Positions 37,736-47,508 of a stretch of 57,340 nt of DNA are shown here, in pieces (positions within the stretch are counted from its first letter, which is position 1; the number at the start of each line of letters is the position of its first letter). The notes under the pieces were generated by a model that saw only the letters and a list, made by a program, of their open reading frames with translations, was not told where the DNA came from and did no database searches. The stretch is from Verrucomicrobiota bacterium (GTDB lineage: Bacteria > Verrucomicrobiota > Verrucomicrobiia > Limisphaerales > CANJXF01): contig JBBQRQ010000022.1 of the NCBI GenBank assembly GCA_038214755.1, forward strand, positions 1 to 57,340, given 5' to 3'. The translations under genes and the position numbers were made by a program.

Positions 37736-39100
37736 TCAAATTCCAGGCGGCAAACGCAACGTCGCACCCATCGGCGCAATGTCGGCCAATTCTTTTCCGC
37801 TCGTGCCGCCGCTGAGTTTGGAAAGTTTTTCGCCACTGGGACGGACCATTCTTTCATAGCTGCCGACCGCATCGTTGTAGGCGGCGTTGGCGCGTTCCAA
37901 GCCGCTGCGGATTTTTTCAAAATGTTCGGTGAACTTGGCGACGCGATTGAAAAGTTCCTGGGCAGCTTCGGCAATTTCCCGCGCATTTTCCGTTTGCGCA
38001 TGTTGCTGCCAACTGACGCTGACCGAGCGGAGAATCGCGATGAGCGACGACGGTGTCGCCACGATGATGCGTTTATTCTGCGCCCAAATCATAAGGTCGT
38101 GATCGCCTTCGAGCGCCGCGCTGAAAAGTGATTCAGCAGGCAAAAACAAAACGACGTAATCGAGCGAGTTGGGGAACTGCCGACAATAATCGCGATCGGC
38201 CAAACCTTTAATTGTGGATTTAAGTTTGGTCGCGTGCGCGAGGAGCGATTCGGCGCGTTTGGTTTGGTCGGCGGAATCAATCGCGGTGAGAAAATCCAAG
38301 TCCGGAACTTTCGCATCGACGATGATGACGCGATCTCCGGGAAGGCGAACGATGAGATCGGGCTTGCTGTCGCCGCTCTGAGTTTGCTCGGAAAAATCGC
38401 AGTGCGCGCTCATGCCGGCAGCTTCGACGACGCGGCGCAAAGTCTCTTCACCCCAACGTCCGCGTGCCTGGTTGGATTTCAGCACCATTCTAAATTGCTG
38501 CGTCTCGCTGGCGAGGGATTGGCTGTGCTGCGACAAAGTTTCCAACTGTTTCTTTACTTCACCCAGCGTGGCGGACTGCGTCGTTTCACTTTGCGCCAAA
38601 CGCCGCTGATAAGTTTCGAGCTGTTGCTTCAACGGCTCAACCAAAGTAGCGATGGCTTGCTGCCGCTGCGACAAATCGCCTTTGGCCGTCTCCTGGAATT
38701 TCGCGAGCGTTTCGTTAGCGAGGCGAAGAAACTCGGGATGAGTTTGTTTCAGGGCATCGGCGCTCAATGCTTTAAAGGTGTCGCGCAAATCGGCTAGAGC
38801 TTTGTCTTGCGCTTCTTTGGCCGAGCGCAAATTTTCTGCGAAATTGTTTTTCGTTTCTGCGAGCAAACGTTGTGTGGCGTCGCGATTGGCTTCCGCAGTG
38901 GCGAGAGAAGTTTTTGTTTCGGACAATTGTTGGCGGGACTCTGATAAATCTTTTTCGCGCTGCTGGAGTTGCGCGCGCAGTTCGCCTTCGAGGCGATTGT
39001 CACTCGGTAGAACAGGTTTTTTATTTTGCAAAAAACCAATCAGCCAGCCGACGAAGCCGCCAATAGCGAAAGCGATGAAAAGTTGAATCGCGAGAGACAC
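37736..39100 (-). CDS. rmuC: DNA recombination protein RmuC
   Basis: RGRWGEETLRRVVEAAGM, KPDLIVRLPG, IVDAKVP, VVLFLPAES. Confidence 0.95.
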   Translation of the reverse strand: MSLAIQLFIAFAIGGFVGWLIGFLQNKKPVLPSDNRLEGELRAQLQQREKDLSESRQQLSETKTSLATAEANRDATQRLLAETKNNFAENLRSAKEAQDKALADLRDTFKALSADALKQTHPEFLRLANETLAKFQETAKGDLSQRQQAIATLVEPLKQQLETYQRRLAQSETTQSATLGEVKKQLETLSQHSQSLASETQQFRMVLKSNQARGRWGEETLRRVVEAAGMSAHCDFSEQTQSGDSKPDLIVRLPGDRVIIVDAKVPDLDFLTAIDSADQTKRAESLLAHATKLKSTIKGLADRDYCRQFPNSLDYVVLFLPAESLFSAALEGDHDLMIWAQNKRIIVATPSSLIAILRSVSVSWQQHAQTENAREIAEAAQELFNRVAKFTEHFEKIRSGLERANAAYNDAVGSYERMVRPSGEKLSKLSGGTSGKELADIAPMGATLRLPPGI

Positions 39101-39106
39101 AAAAAA

Positions 39107-39598
39107 TTATTTAAACCACAGAGGCACAGAGGCACAGAGAAAAGAGAGGAGGCGGAAAACAAAGCTGCGGCGTCCGGTTTCTTCCTTGAACAATTCGCCG
39201 CAGGCCACGCGTTTCACACCTTGTTTCAGAACTGGCACGTTGAAGTTAATGAGCAGGCCGAGTTCTTTTTTATCCAGTTTCAAATAAGTCAATAGTTGTG
39301 CCTCGTGAATCGGATGAAGTTCGGTGACAGCTTTAATCTCGATGATGAGTAGATCTTCAATGACGAAATCGAGACGATAGCCGCAATCAAGTTGCACTTC
39401 TTTATAATGAACGGGTAAAGCTCTTTGACGTTGGATTCGCAATCCAGTTTTGGAGAGTTCGTAAGCCAAGCATTCTTCGTAAGCAGTTTCGAGCAAGCCC
39501 GGTCCCAGTTCGCGATGAATCTCAATACAAGCGCCAATCACTTTGCCGCTTAACTCATTCAGTTTTTGTCTCTGTGTTTCGAGGTTTTGGGGGTTCAT
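39107..39598 (-). CDS. GxxExxY protein (PD-(D/E)XK-like)
   Basis: IHRELGPGLLETAYEECL, YRLDFVIE, IIEIKAV, HEAQLLTYLK, GLLINFN. Confidence 0.93.
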   Translation of the reverse strand: MNPQNLETQRQKLNELSGKVIGACIEIHRELGPGLLETAYEECLAYELSKTGLRIQRQRALPVHYKEVQLDCGYRLDFVIEDLLIIEIKAVTELHPIHEAQLLTYLKLDKKELGLLINFNVPVLKQGVKRVACGELFKEETGRRSFVFRLLSFLCASVPLWFK

Positions 39599-39613
39599 AA
39601 TGTTCAAAATATG

Positions 39614-39690
39614 AACCACGGAGGCACAGAGGCACAGAGGAAAAGAAGACACAACTGTTCGGTCTTCTCTGTGCCTCTGTGCCTCTGTGG
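39614..39690. repeat. CACAGAGG 9-mer palindrome upstream of GxxExxY (third arm at 39114-39140)
   Basis: CCACGGAGGCACAGAGGCACAGAG ... CTCTGTGCCTCTGTGCCTCTGTGG. Confidence 0.9.
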
Positions 39691-39704
39691 ATGAAATTCC
39701 CCAA

Positions 39705-40085
39705 TCAAAAATGGGCGATGACTTCGATTTCAACGATGGCGCCTTTTGGCAGGGCGGCGACTTGGACGGTTGAGCGCGCCGGAAAATCGCTCGTGAAATA
39801 TTTCGCGTAAATTTCGTTCATGCCCGCGAAGTCGGCGAGATTCGTGACGAACACCGTGCTCTTGATCACGTTGGCGAACGTCAATTCTTGGTCTTCGAGA
39901 ATAGCTTTTACGTTTTCCAAAACGCGTTCGGTCTGCGCTTTGATGTCGCCGCTGACGAGATTTCCGGTCGCCGGATCGAGCGGAATTTGGCCCGCGCAAA
40001 AAAGGAGATCGCCGACGCGCACCGCGTGATTGTAGGGGCCGACAGCGGTGGGGGATTTGGCGGGTTTGATGATAGTTTTTGTCAT
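39705..40085 (-). CDS. ridA: RidA/YjgF-family reactive intermediate deaminase
   Basis: AVGPYNHA, AGQIPLDP, MNEIYAKYF..FPARSTVQVAALPKGAIVEIE. Confidence 0.93.
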   Translation of the reverse strand: MTKTIIKPAKSPTAVGPYNHAVRVGDLLFCAGQIPLDPATGNLVSGDIKAQTERVLENVKAILEDQELTFANVIKSTVFVTNLADFAGMNEIYAKYFTSDFPARSTVQVAALPKGAIVEIEVIAHF

Positions 40086-40104
40086 AGTTTTAAATTCTGA
40101 AAGC

Positions 40105-40230
40105 GAACGAACATCGAACACCGAACACCGAACATCGAACATCGAACACCGAACATCGAACACCGAACATCGAACATCGAATTGACGGAACTTCGGCGTT
40201 GGATGTTCGATGTTCAGTGTTCGATGTTTT
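40105..40230. repeat. GAACA(T/C)C heptamer array with inverted arm
   Basis: About 10 tandem heptamers at 40109-40180, then GATGTTCGATGTTCAGTGTTCGATGTT. Confidence 0.9.
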
Positions 40231-40239
40231 AACTTAAAA

Positions 40240-40440
40240 TCATTTCTTCTCCTCGTACCACGCCATCTGGATATTCTCCAAAATCTTTTCATTCGAGCCA
40301 TCGGGTTTGTCAGCGAAATCTTCCAGCCCGAGAACCATCTGGTGTAGTTTCGGAAAGCTGAGCTTCAACGGATCTTGCTCGGGAAATTTATCCGCCAACG
40401 CCCACGCAATTTCTTCGTAGTCTTTCCAGGTCAATTTCAT
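40240..40440 (-). CDS. iscX: Fe-S cluster assembly protein IscX
   Basis: MKLTWKDYEEIAWALADKFPEQDP..F..LH..V..L..F.D....SNEKILENIQMAW. Confidence 0.9.
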   Translation of the reverse strand: MKLTWKDYEEIAWALADKFPEQDPLKLSFPKLHQMVLGLEDFADKPDGSNEKILENIQMAWYEEKK

Positions 40441-40545
40441 CGCGGCGCAAGATGTAGCGGCTTTGATTTGGCGGGTCAAGCAAGGTTGCCAAAACGGGGG
40501 AGACTTGCTTAGATGCTGCTGATTCAAAACCCAAACCACGCTCCC

Positions 40546-42816
40546 ATGTCCAACAATCCCACCACGCGCTCCCGCTCTTCGGAAACGGATTCGTTCGTCG
40601 AATTGGGCGAAGGTTTTCTGGTCGGCGGCGGACGCTATTCGCTTTCGCAAAGTTTGGGGCAGGGTGGGATGGGCACCGTCTGGCTGGCCAAGGACGAGCG
40701 TCTCGGACAAATGGTTGCGTTAAAATTTGTTCAATTCCAATCCAATCCGCACGTGTTGGAAGACCTTCGCCGCGAGACCGCGCGTTGCTTGAGATTGACC
40801 CACCCGAACATCATTCGCATTTTCGATTTTTACGAAGCGCCCGGAGAAGTCGCTTTCATTTCCATGGAATATATCAATGGCGCGAACTTGCATTCTCTGC
40901 GCGCGCAGCAGCCCCACGGAGTTTTTACCTGGAACTATCTCAAGCCATTCATCAAACAATTTTGTGACGCGCTCCATTATGCCCACAGTGAAAATGTCAT
41001 TCACCGCGATTTGAAACCGAGCAACATGATGGTCGATGGCAAAGGCCGGTTGAAACTGGCCGACTTCGGAATTGCCGCGGCAGTCAGCGACCCATTGCAG
41101 AATTATTATCAGCGACACGCAGCCAGCGGAACCGTCACTCACATGAGTCCGCAACAAATGGCCGGCAAGCCCGCGACCATCGCCGATGATATTTATGCGT
41201 TTGGCGCCACGCTCTATGATTTGCTCACCGGCACGACACCCTTTGAAGGCGAGGATATTGCTACCCAGGTGAAAAATAATTTTGTCGAACCGATTTCCAT
41301 TCGAATGGGAAAACTAAAATTGGTGAATGAAATTCCGCCGCACGTCGCCGCGATGATCATGGCGTGTCTCTCGAAAGATCCCGAGCCGCGCCCGCGCAGC
41401 GCTCTCGCCATTGCGGAGTGGATTGGCTTTAACGCCGGGACGAGCGTTCGACCAGCGCCGATTGCCATCGCGACCGTCACGGGCAAACCACCGCCGGAGC
41501 GCAAGACCAAAACTATTTCCCTGCCGCAAGCTCCCGCGCCCATCAAAGTCATTGAACAAACGAGTGAACCGGAGATCCTCCCGCCCCCGCGAAAAATTCC
41601 ACGCAAGAAATTGTTCAAATGGGCGGCCACGTCTGTTCTGGCGCTTTTAGTTTTTGCGACGTTGGGCTGGATCATCGGCAACCTCGTGTTTCACACGAAT
41701 TCCGGGCCGACCATGACATCGGTGCGGGACGGCTCGGCCATCCTGGACGGCGCGTTTCAAAACAAAGCGTTGATCGACGATTTTGTTCGGTGCGTCGCGG
41801 TGCAGCCTGATGGAAAAATTCTGATTGGCGGTGGTTTTAAAAATATCAATTCCCTCGACGCCAAATGCGTCGCCCGTTTGAACGGCGATGGAACGTTGGA
41901 CAAAAATTTCGTGGCGGCGGCGAACAATGTTATTTACAGCGTCGCCTTGCAGGAGGACGGGAAAATTATTTTGGGCGGCGACTTGAGCAATATCAGCGGC
42001 GTCAATTGCAAGAGCATTGCCCGCCTGACTTCCGACGGCACGGTGGACACGAGCTTTCATTTGTGGACCGACACCGATGGCACCGTCCGCTCGGTCATCG
42101 TGCAGCCCGACGGAAAAATTATTGTCGCCGGGCATTTCACAAAATTTCATGGAGCGAAAAAAAATCGGATTGTTCGGCTGAGTTCCGACGGCGATCTCGA
42201 TGAAACTTTTCGGGCCGGGGCGAACAACGTGATTTGGACAACGGTGTTGCAGGAGGACAAAAAGATTTTGATCGGCGGAGATTTTACGGTGGCGGGCGTG
42301 TTGCGGAGAAATCACATCGCGCGATTGAATCCCGATGGCGCGCTCGATAAAAATTTTGATCCGGGCGCTGGCGCCAATGGCTGGGTCTATGCCATCGCGG
42401 TGCAGGGCGACGGCCGAATTGTTTTCGGCGGCGATTTTACGGAGTTCAATGGCCGTCCCAGAAATCGCATCGCCCGGCTCGATCCGGACGGGAGTTTGGA
42501 CGCGACGTTTAATCCCGGCGCGGGGCCGGACAGTGGAATCCGAACGATTGCAATTCAGGTCGATCAAAAAATTTTGTTGGGCGGAATTTTTAAATATTTC
42601 AATGACACGGCGCTGAACCGAATCGCTCGATTGAACGTCAATGGCAGTCTCGACCAAAGTTTCGATCCGGGAACTGGATTTGATAATGCGATTCGAGAAT
42701 TGAAGCTACAGCAGGACGGAAAAATTTTGGCGGTGGGAACTTTTACAAATTACAACGGCGCGACGGTGAGTCGGATTGCGCGGCTGCGCGGAAGTTCAGC
42801 CAAGGCGAAAAAATAA
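40546..42816 (+). CDS. Hanks-type Ser/Thr kinase with TM segment and delta-60-type repeats
   Basis: LGQGGMGTVW, VALKF, HRDLKPSN, DFG, then a TM and about 7 repeats of VQPDGKILIGGxF..IARLNxDGxLDxxF. Confidence 0.92.
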   Translation: MSNNPTTRSRSSETDSFVELGEGFLVGGGRYSLSQSLGQGGMGTVWLAKDERLGQMVALKFVQFQSNPHVLEDLRRETARCLRLTHPNIIRIFDFYEAPGEVAFISMEYINGANLHSLRAQQPHGVFTWNYLKPFIKQFCDALHYAHSENVIHRDLKPSNMMVDGKGRLKLADFGIAAAVSDPLQNYYQRHAASGTVTHMSPQQMAGKPATIADDIYAFGATLYDLLTGTTPFEGEDIATQVKNNFVEPISIRMGKLKLVNEIPPHVAAMIMACLSKDPEPRPRSALAIAEWIGFNAGTSVRPAPIAIATVTGKPPPERKTKTISLPQAPAPIKVIEQTSEPEILPPPRKIPRKKLFKWAATSVLALLVFATLGWIIGNLVFHTNSGPTMTSVRDGSAILDGAFQNKALIDDFVRCVAVQPDGKILIGGGFKNINSLDAKCVARLNGDGTLDKNFVAAANNVIYSVALQEDGKIILGGDLSNISGVNCKSIARLTSDGTVDTSFHLWTDTDGTVRSVIVQPDGKIIVAGHFTKFHGAKKNRIVRLSSDGDLDETFRAGANNVIWTTVLQEDKKILIGGDFTVAGVLRRNHIARLNPDGALDKNFDPGAGANGWVYAIAVQGDGRIVFGGDFTEFNGRPRNRIARLDPDGSLDATFNPGAGPDSGIRTIAIQVDQKILLGGIFKYFNDTALNRIARLNVNGSLDQSFDPGTGFDNAIRELKLQQDGKILAVGTFTNYNGATVSRIARLRGSSAKAKK

Positions 42817-42819
42817 GTC

Positions 42820-43127
42820 GTAGCCGCCGACGTGAGGAGAACGGCAGCGGTACAAACGCATGGCATGAGGCAACGAACTTGTAATTGGGGAGCATCGAAC
42901 GTCCGCTAGGTTTTGGAGTGCGCCAGTCCTCTGGCGCTTTTGCAGCACGCTAACTTTCAAAGCGGCAGAGGACTGCCGCACTCCAAGACGCTATCGCGCG
43001 GTTCGAGACCCACACTCAATATTTGCCTGATTCGAAACGCGGGGACAAAAGGCTGTCCGCGCTTCAATTGGTTTGAGCAACACGCCTCAAGTTTTCCTCC
43101 GATCCGCCTCGTCACCTCGGCGGCTAC
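42820..43127. repeat. nested REP-like elements
   Basis: Outer GTAGCCGCCGA.GTGA arms enclose a TTGGAGTGCG palindrome at 42913-42986. Confidence 0.8.
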
Positions 43128-43133
43128 AAATCT

Positions 43134-43979
43134 TCACACCTCCTTCACCACGCCCCAGAAAACATCCAGCTTTTTTGACAGATAAAGTTGCACGCCTTTG
43201 ACCAAAGTTTTTCCTTCGAGTTTCTGTCCGGCAGCAACGATTTCTTTCAACCCCGAATTGGAACGAAGTCGCACGCTGTCCTGCGCGATGATCGGTCCTT
43301 CGTCCAGGTGCATACTCACAAAATGCGCGGTCACCCCGATAATTTTTACGCCGTGCTCATACGCCTGCCGATAAGCCTGCGGCCCGGGAAAACTGGGCAG
43401 AAGCGATGGGTGAATGTTGATGATTTTATTTTTGAAACGCCAAACGAAGTTGGGCGAAAGGATTTTCATGAACCGCGCCAGCACGATAAAATCCACTTCG
43501 TATTCATCGAGAATTTTTAGCGCGGCGGCCTCGGCGCTGTTGCGTTCTTCCCATGGAAGATAAATGAACGGCAGCTTGAATTTTTTCGCGAGCGGCTCCA
43601 AGTCGCTGCGATTGGAGACGACCGCCACCGGCTCCGCATTTTTCAACTGGTGCTTTTGGAAAGCGGCCATGAGCGCATCGGAGCAATGGGTTTCTCTCGT
43701 CACAAAAATAGCGCAACGTTGCGGGCGATTTGGATCCGTGAAACGCAAACGAATTTCCATCGCGAGGGCGACAGCCAACTTTTCCAGACCCAGCCGCAAC
43801 GCTGCTTCATCAAATTGTTTTGGTTTCCACGAAGCTTGAATCGTCATGCTGAACTGTCCGCGCGTGACCTGTTCTTCCAGCGCCTCGATGTTCGCCCGTT
43901 GTTCAAAAAGAAAACTCGTCACGCGCGCGATGACGCCGGTTTTATCAAGGCCGATGACGGTGATGGTGGCGTGGTTCAT
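43134..43979 (-). CDS. purU: formyltetrahydrofolate deformylase
   Basis: ACT domain, IVLARFMKILS, INIHPSLLPSFPG, GVKIIGVTAHFV..LDEGPIIAQD. Confidence 0.93.
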   Translation of the reverse strand: MNHATITVIGLDKTGVIARVTSFLFEQRANIEALEEQVTRGQFSMTIQASWKPKQFDEAALRLGLEKLAVALAMEIRLRFTDPNRPQRCAIFVTRETHCSDALMAAFQKHQLKNAEPVAVVSNRSDLEPLAKKFKLPFIYLPWEERNSAEAAALKILDEYEVDFIVLARFMKILSPNFVWRFKNKIINIHPSLLPSFPGPQAYRQAYEHGVKIIGVTAHFVSMHLDEGPIIAQDSVRLRSNSGLKEIVAAGQKLEGKTLVKGVQLYLSKKLDVFWGVVKEV

Positions 43980-44040
43980 AGAAAGGAGTCAGGAGTTAGC
44001 AATCAGGAGAAAACTTCGCCGCCGAATCGTGCTGGAATAT

Positions 44041-44217
44041 GAAATCCGAAATCCGAAGCCCGAAATCCGAAAGAAATCCGAAATCCGAATATCGAAAACG
44101 ACTTCCAGCTGGCACCCAAAAAACTGCTTCACCACCGGCACCATGCGGCAAATCTTTCTGCCTTCGGATTTCGGATTTCGGATTTCTTTCGGATTTCGGG
44201 CTTCGGATTTCGGATTT
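44041..44217. repeat. AATCCGA / TCGGATT heptamer-repeat palindrome
   Basis: GAAATCCGAAATCCGAAGCCCGAAATCCGAAAGAAATCCGAAATCCGAA ... and its reverse complement. Confidence 0.9.
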
Positions 44218-44383
44218 GGAATTATTCTATTCATTGGCAGCCGAGCCTAATTTCCGCCCTGAGATTTCTCAATTGAAATTCCGTCTCCCTTTCTCCCTTT
44301 CTCCTTATCCCACTTTCTTTTCTTTGACCCTGGCCGAAACTTTTCCTATCTTCGCGTGTTTCTCAGAGGGTAGAAATCCGATC

Positions 44384-46135
44384 ATGGCACTTTTATCGAT
44401 CAAAAATTTGTTGGCCGAAAGCGATCTCGCCACTCCCGCGCAATTCGATCAGTGCAGCAAAGCCTGGCGCATTGCCCTCGAGAGCGGCTCGCAGGATTCG
44501 CTCCTCACTTTCATCTCGCGCGAGCGTGGTCTCTCCGAAGAAGCCTTCTTGCAGCAACTCGCCAAGGCTTTGGGTTGGACTTATCTCGAACTGGCAAAAA
44601 TGGATCCGCAAGCCGAGGCGCGAAACAAAATTTCCACCAAAGTCGCGTTTCAATATTTCGTGCTGCCGACAAAATTTGAAGATGGAAAATTGCAAGTGGC
44701 GGTGAGCAACCCGTTTGACGCGGCGATGTTGAGCGCGGTGCAATTCGATGCGCGCGGCCCGGTGCAATTTGCCCTCGCGCCAAAACCTGAAATTGAAAAG
44801 TCGCTCAAAAAATATTACGGCGTCGGCGCGGAAACTCTCGACGAAATGTCCAAGGACGAACCGCTCGAACTGCTCATTGGCGAGGACAAGGAAATCACCG
44901 AAGGCGACCAGGAAGCGAGCGTCATCAAATTTGTAAATCAGATTATCTGGGAAGCGTTCAAAGATCGCGCGACCGATATTCATTTTGAACCGGCGGAAGA
45001 TGAACTGCGAATTCGTTATCGCATCGACGGCATTTTGCATCAGACACCGATGCCGCCGCAGTTGAAACGGTATCAAGCCTCGCTCATCTCGCGCATCAAA
45101 GTGATGAGCGGAATGAACATCGCCGAAAAACGTTTGCCGCAAGACGGACGCATCAATGTGCGAATCAAAGGGGAAGAAATTGATATTCGCGTTTCGACAG
45201 TGCCCACCGTTTATGGCGAAAGCGTTTCGCTCCGTTTGCTCACGCGCGGCAAAATATTTTTCAGTATGGAAAAACTCGGTTTCTCTCCACTGGAAGAAGC
45301 GGCCATTCGTGAAATTATTATCAAACCGCACGGCATCATGCTCGTGACCGGGCCGACCGGTTCCGGAAAATCCACGTCGCTCTATTCTTTTTTGAGCACG
45401 ATCAATTCAGTCACGAAACGAATCATCACCATCGAAGAGCCGGTCGAATATGAACTCAAAGGCATCAACCAAATCGCGGTGCGTTCGGACATCGGCCTGA
45501 CCTTTGCGATGGGGCTGCGCCATATTTTGCGGCAAGACCCGAATGTAATCATGGTCGGAGAAATTCGCGATTTGGAGACGGCGGAAATCGCCATTCGCGC
45601 CGCGCTGACCGGCCATTTGGTTTTTTCCACGTTGCACACCAACGACGCACCGAGCGCCTTCACGCGCTTGATCGACATGGGCATCGAACCGTTTCTCGTC
45701 GCGTCATCGGTCGAAGCGATTTTGGCGCAACGTCTGGTGCGCACGATTTGTCCGCATTGCAAAGTGGAACAAAAAGTTGAACGAACGTTTCTGCGCAAGA
45801 TTGGTTTTCCCGAAAACGAAATCGAGACGGCAAAATTTTGGCGCGGCGCGGGTTGCGAACTTTGCCGACAACTTGGCTATCAAGGCCGAATGGGAATTTA
45901 CGAATTGTTGATTTTGAACGAAGCGATTCGCCCTCTGGTCATGAACCGCGCGCCTGCTTCCACCATTGCTCATCGCGCGATGGAGGAGGGGATGCGCACA
46001 TTGCGCACCGACGGTTGGAATAAAGTTCGCGCGGGGTTGACGACGGTCGAGGAAGTGTTGCGCGTCACGCAAACTGAAGAACACATGAAGGCGCTGGTGG
46101 ACGACAGCCGGACAGAAATATGGGCCAAAAGTTAA
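44384..46135 (+). CDS. gspE: GspE/PilB secretion ATPase
   Basis: RATDIHFEP, IAEKRLPQDG, GPTGSGKST, LRQDPNVIMVGEIRD, tetracysteine motif. Confidence 0.93.
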   Translation: MALLSIKNLLAESDLATPAQFDQCSKAWRIALESGSQDSLLTFISRERGLSEEAFLQQLAKALGWTYLELAKMDPQAEARNKISTKVAFQYFVLPTKFEDGKLQVAVSNPFDAAMLSAVQFDARGPVQFALAPKPEIEKSLKKYYGVGAETLDEMSKDEPLELLIGEDKEITEGDQEASVIKFVNQIIWEAFKDRATDIHFEPAEDELRIRYRIDGILHQTPMPPQLKRYQASLISRIKVMSGMNIAEKRLPQDGRINVRIKGEEIDIRVSTVPTVYGESVSLRLLTRGKIFFSMEKLGFSPLEEAAIREIIIKPHGIMLVTGPTGSGKSTSLYSFLSTINSVTKRIITIEEPVEYELKGINQIAVRSDIGLTFAMGLRHILRQDPNVIMVGEIRDLETAEIAIRAALTGHLVFSTLHTNDAPSAFTRLIDMGIEPFLVASSVEAILAQRLVRTICPHCKVEQKVERTFLRKIGFPENEIETAKFWRGAGCELCRQLGYQGRMGIYELLILNEAIRPLVMNRAPASTIAHRAMEEGMRTLRTDGWNKVRAGLTTVEEVLRVTQTEEHMKALVDDSRTEIWAKS

Positions 46136-47508
46136 AAAAGTCCCGCTGGCATTCGGCCAACGTGCTCGATGTCGGCGCGCACTCCCGGCATCTCTGGCAG
46201 TTTTCTGTCAACGACGGAAAATTCAGCGTCACGCGCGATCAACCGCTCTCTCCCACTGAACCGCCCGCCGAAAAGCTCGTCGCAAAAAGTTGGAGCGAAA
46301 TCTGGCAGCCCAAATTAAATGTCGCCTGGTTGCCCGCCGAAAAAGTTTTCCTGCGCGTGCTGCATTTGCCGGCCAGCGATTTTGCGGAAACGCTTTCCAT
46401 GGTCGAGTTGCAATTGGAAAAAATTTCGCCGATGCCGGTCGCGCAAATTGTTTGGAGCGTGGAGCTTCTCCCCAAACGCGCCGAAGACACGCTGCAAACA
46501 GTGGTCATCATCGTCGTGCCACGTGATGTGGTGGAACAATTCCTTGGCCAGTTGGAAGGGCAAAAATATTTGGCGGACCGTCTGGAGCTGCCGCTGCTGG
46601 ACGAACTATTGGCGATTCAGGTTCACGAGGACGGTGTCTGGATTTTTCCGGGCGCAACGACTTCTTCCCCGTATCTGGTGGCGTGGTGGTATGGCGGACT
46701 TTTGCAGAACGTAACTTTATTTTCTTCGCCGGCCGGTGGGGAATTGGGGCCGTCGATTAAAGAACAAATTTCGCAAGTTGCCTGGACGGGAGAATTGGAA
46801 GGCTGGCTGACCTCGCCCCCGCGCTGGCATCTGGTCGCGGCGGATGAGATAGCGACGATTTGGGAATCGATGTTGAATCAAGTCGTCGATCAGCCCGTGC
46901 AATTGGTCGCGCCTCCATCGCAAACGCAAATTGCCGCGATGACCGCGCGCCGCTCTGTTCAAGCCAATGGAGCCGCGAGCTTGTTGCCGCCAGAATTTGC
47001 CGCGCGCTATCGCCAGCAATATGTGGATCGCCTTTGGATGCGCGGACTCGGCGCGGTGGTGGCGCTTTATTTAATTGGCGTGGTGATTTATTTCGGCGCT
47101 CTTCAGGTTTTAAAATTTCAACGGTATCGCGCGCAAAGCCAGGTCGCCGCCATCAGCCAGTCCTACACCAACGCCTTGAAAATGGAGGCGCGCATCCGCG
47201 TGTTGGAAGACCGGAAGAATTTGCAATACGCCGCGCTGGATTGTTGGAAAGCAGTGGCGGAATTGTTGCCCCCCGAAGTTTCGGTGGATCAAATTATTTT
47301 TCAGCGTGGAAAAACATTCGATCTTTACGGAACGGTTCCGCAGGAGAGCCAAACGGATATCACCGATTTCAACGAAGCGTTGAGTCGCCACAAAGTGAAC
47401 GGCGAACCGTTGTTCAGCGAGGTCAAGATGCAAGGACTCCGGGTCCGCGGGCCGGTGGTGGAGTGGAGATTTTCCTGCAAGTTGCGCAAAGGAGAGGAGG
47501 CCAATTGA
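46120..47508 (+). CDS. GspL / PilM-PilN-like assembly protein
   Basis: Located after the ATPase. Actin-like N-region, then a TM, a coiled coil and a ferredoxin-like C-terminus. Confidence 0.65.
   Translation: MGQKLKKSRWHSANVLDVGAHSRHLWQFSVNDGKFSVTRDQPLSPTEPPAEKLVAKSWSEIWQPKLNVAWLPAEKVFLRVLHLPASDFAETLSMVELQLEKISPMPVAQIVWSVELLPKRAEDTLQTVVIIVVPRDVVEQFLGQLEGQKYLADRLELPLLDELLAIQVHEDGVWIFPGATTSSPYLVAWWYGGLLQNVTLFSSPAGGELGPSIKEQISQVAWTGELEGWLTSPPRWHLVAADEIATIWESMLNQVVDQPVQLVAPPSQTQIAAMTARRSVQANGAASLLPPEFAARYRQQYVDRLWMRGLGAVVALYLIGVVIYFGALQVLKFQRYRAQSQVAAISQSYTNALKMEARIRVLEDRKNLQYAALDCWKAVAELLPPEVSVDQIIFQRGKTFDLYGTVPQESQTDITDFNEALSRHKVNGEPLFSEVKMQGLRVRGPVVEWRFSCKLRKGEEAN

Noticed and set aside
40105..40230. 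Possible CRISPR array in the heptamer tracts or repeated 27-mers
   Set aside because: No regular repeat-unique spacer structure and no cas genes. These are short tandem or inverted repeats.
39599..40301. Long N-terminal extensions of the GxxExxY and RidA ORFs
   Set aside because: They translate 9-mer and 7-mer repeats (FDVRCS, LCASV) and are not supported as protein.
44039..44383. 115-aa N-terminal extension of GspE in the ORF track
   Set aside because: It is read-through of the AATCCGA heptamer palindrome (KSEIR/ISDFG). The plausible start is ATG 44384.
46860..47504. 454-aa ORF overlapping the GspL-like gene, and the many antisense ORFs across the window
   Set aside because: Shadow frames of GC-rich genes. 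Only the part from TTG 47505 looks like real protein.
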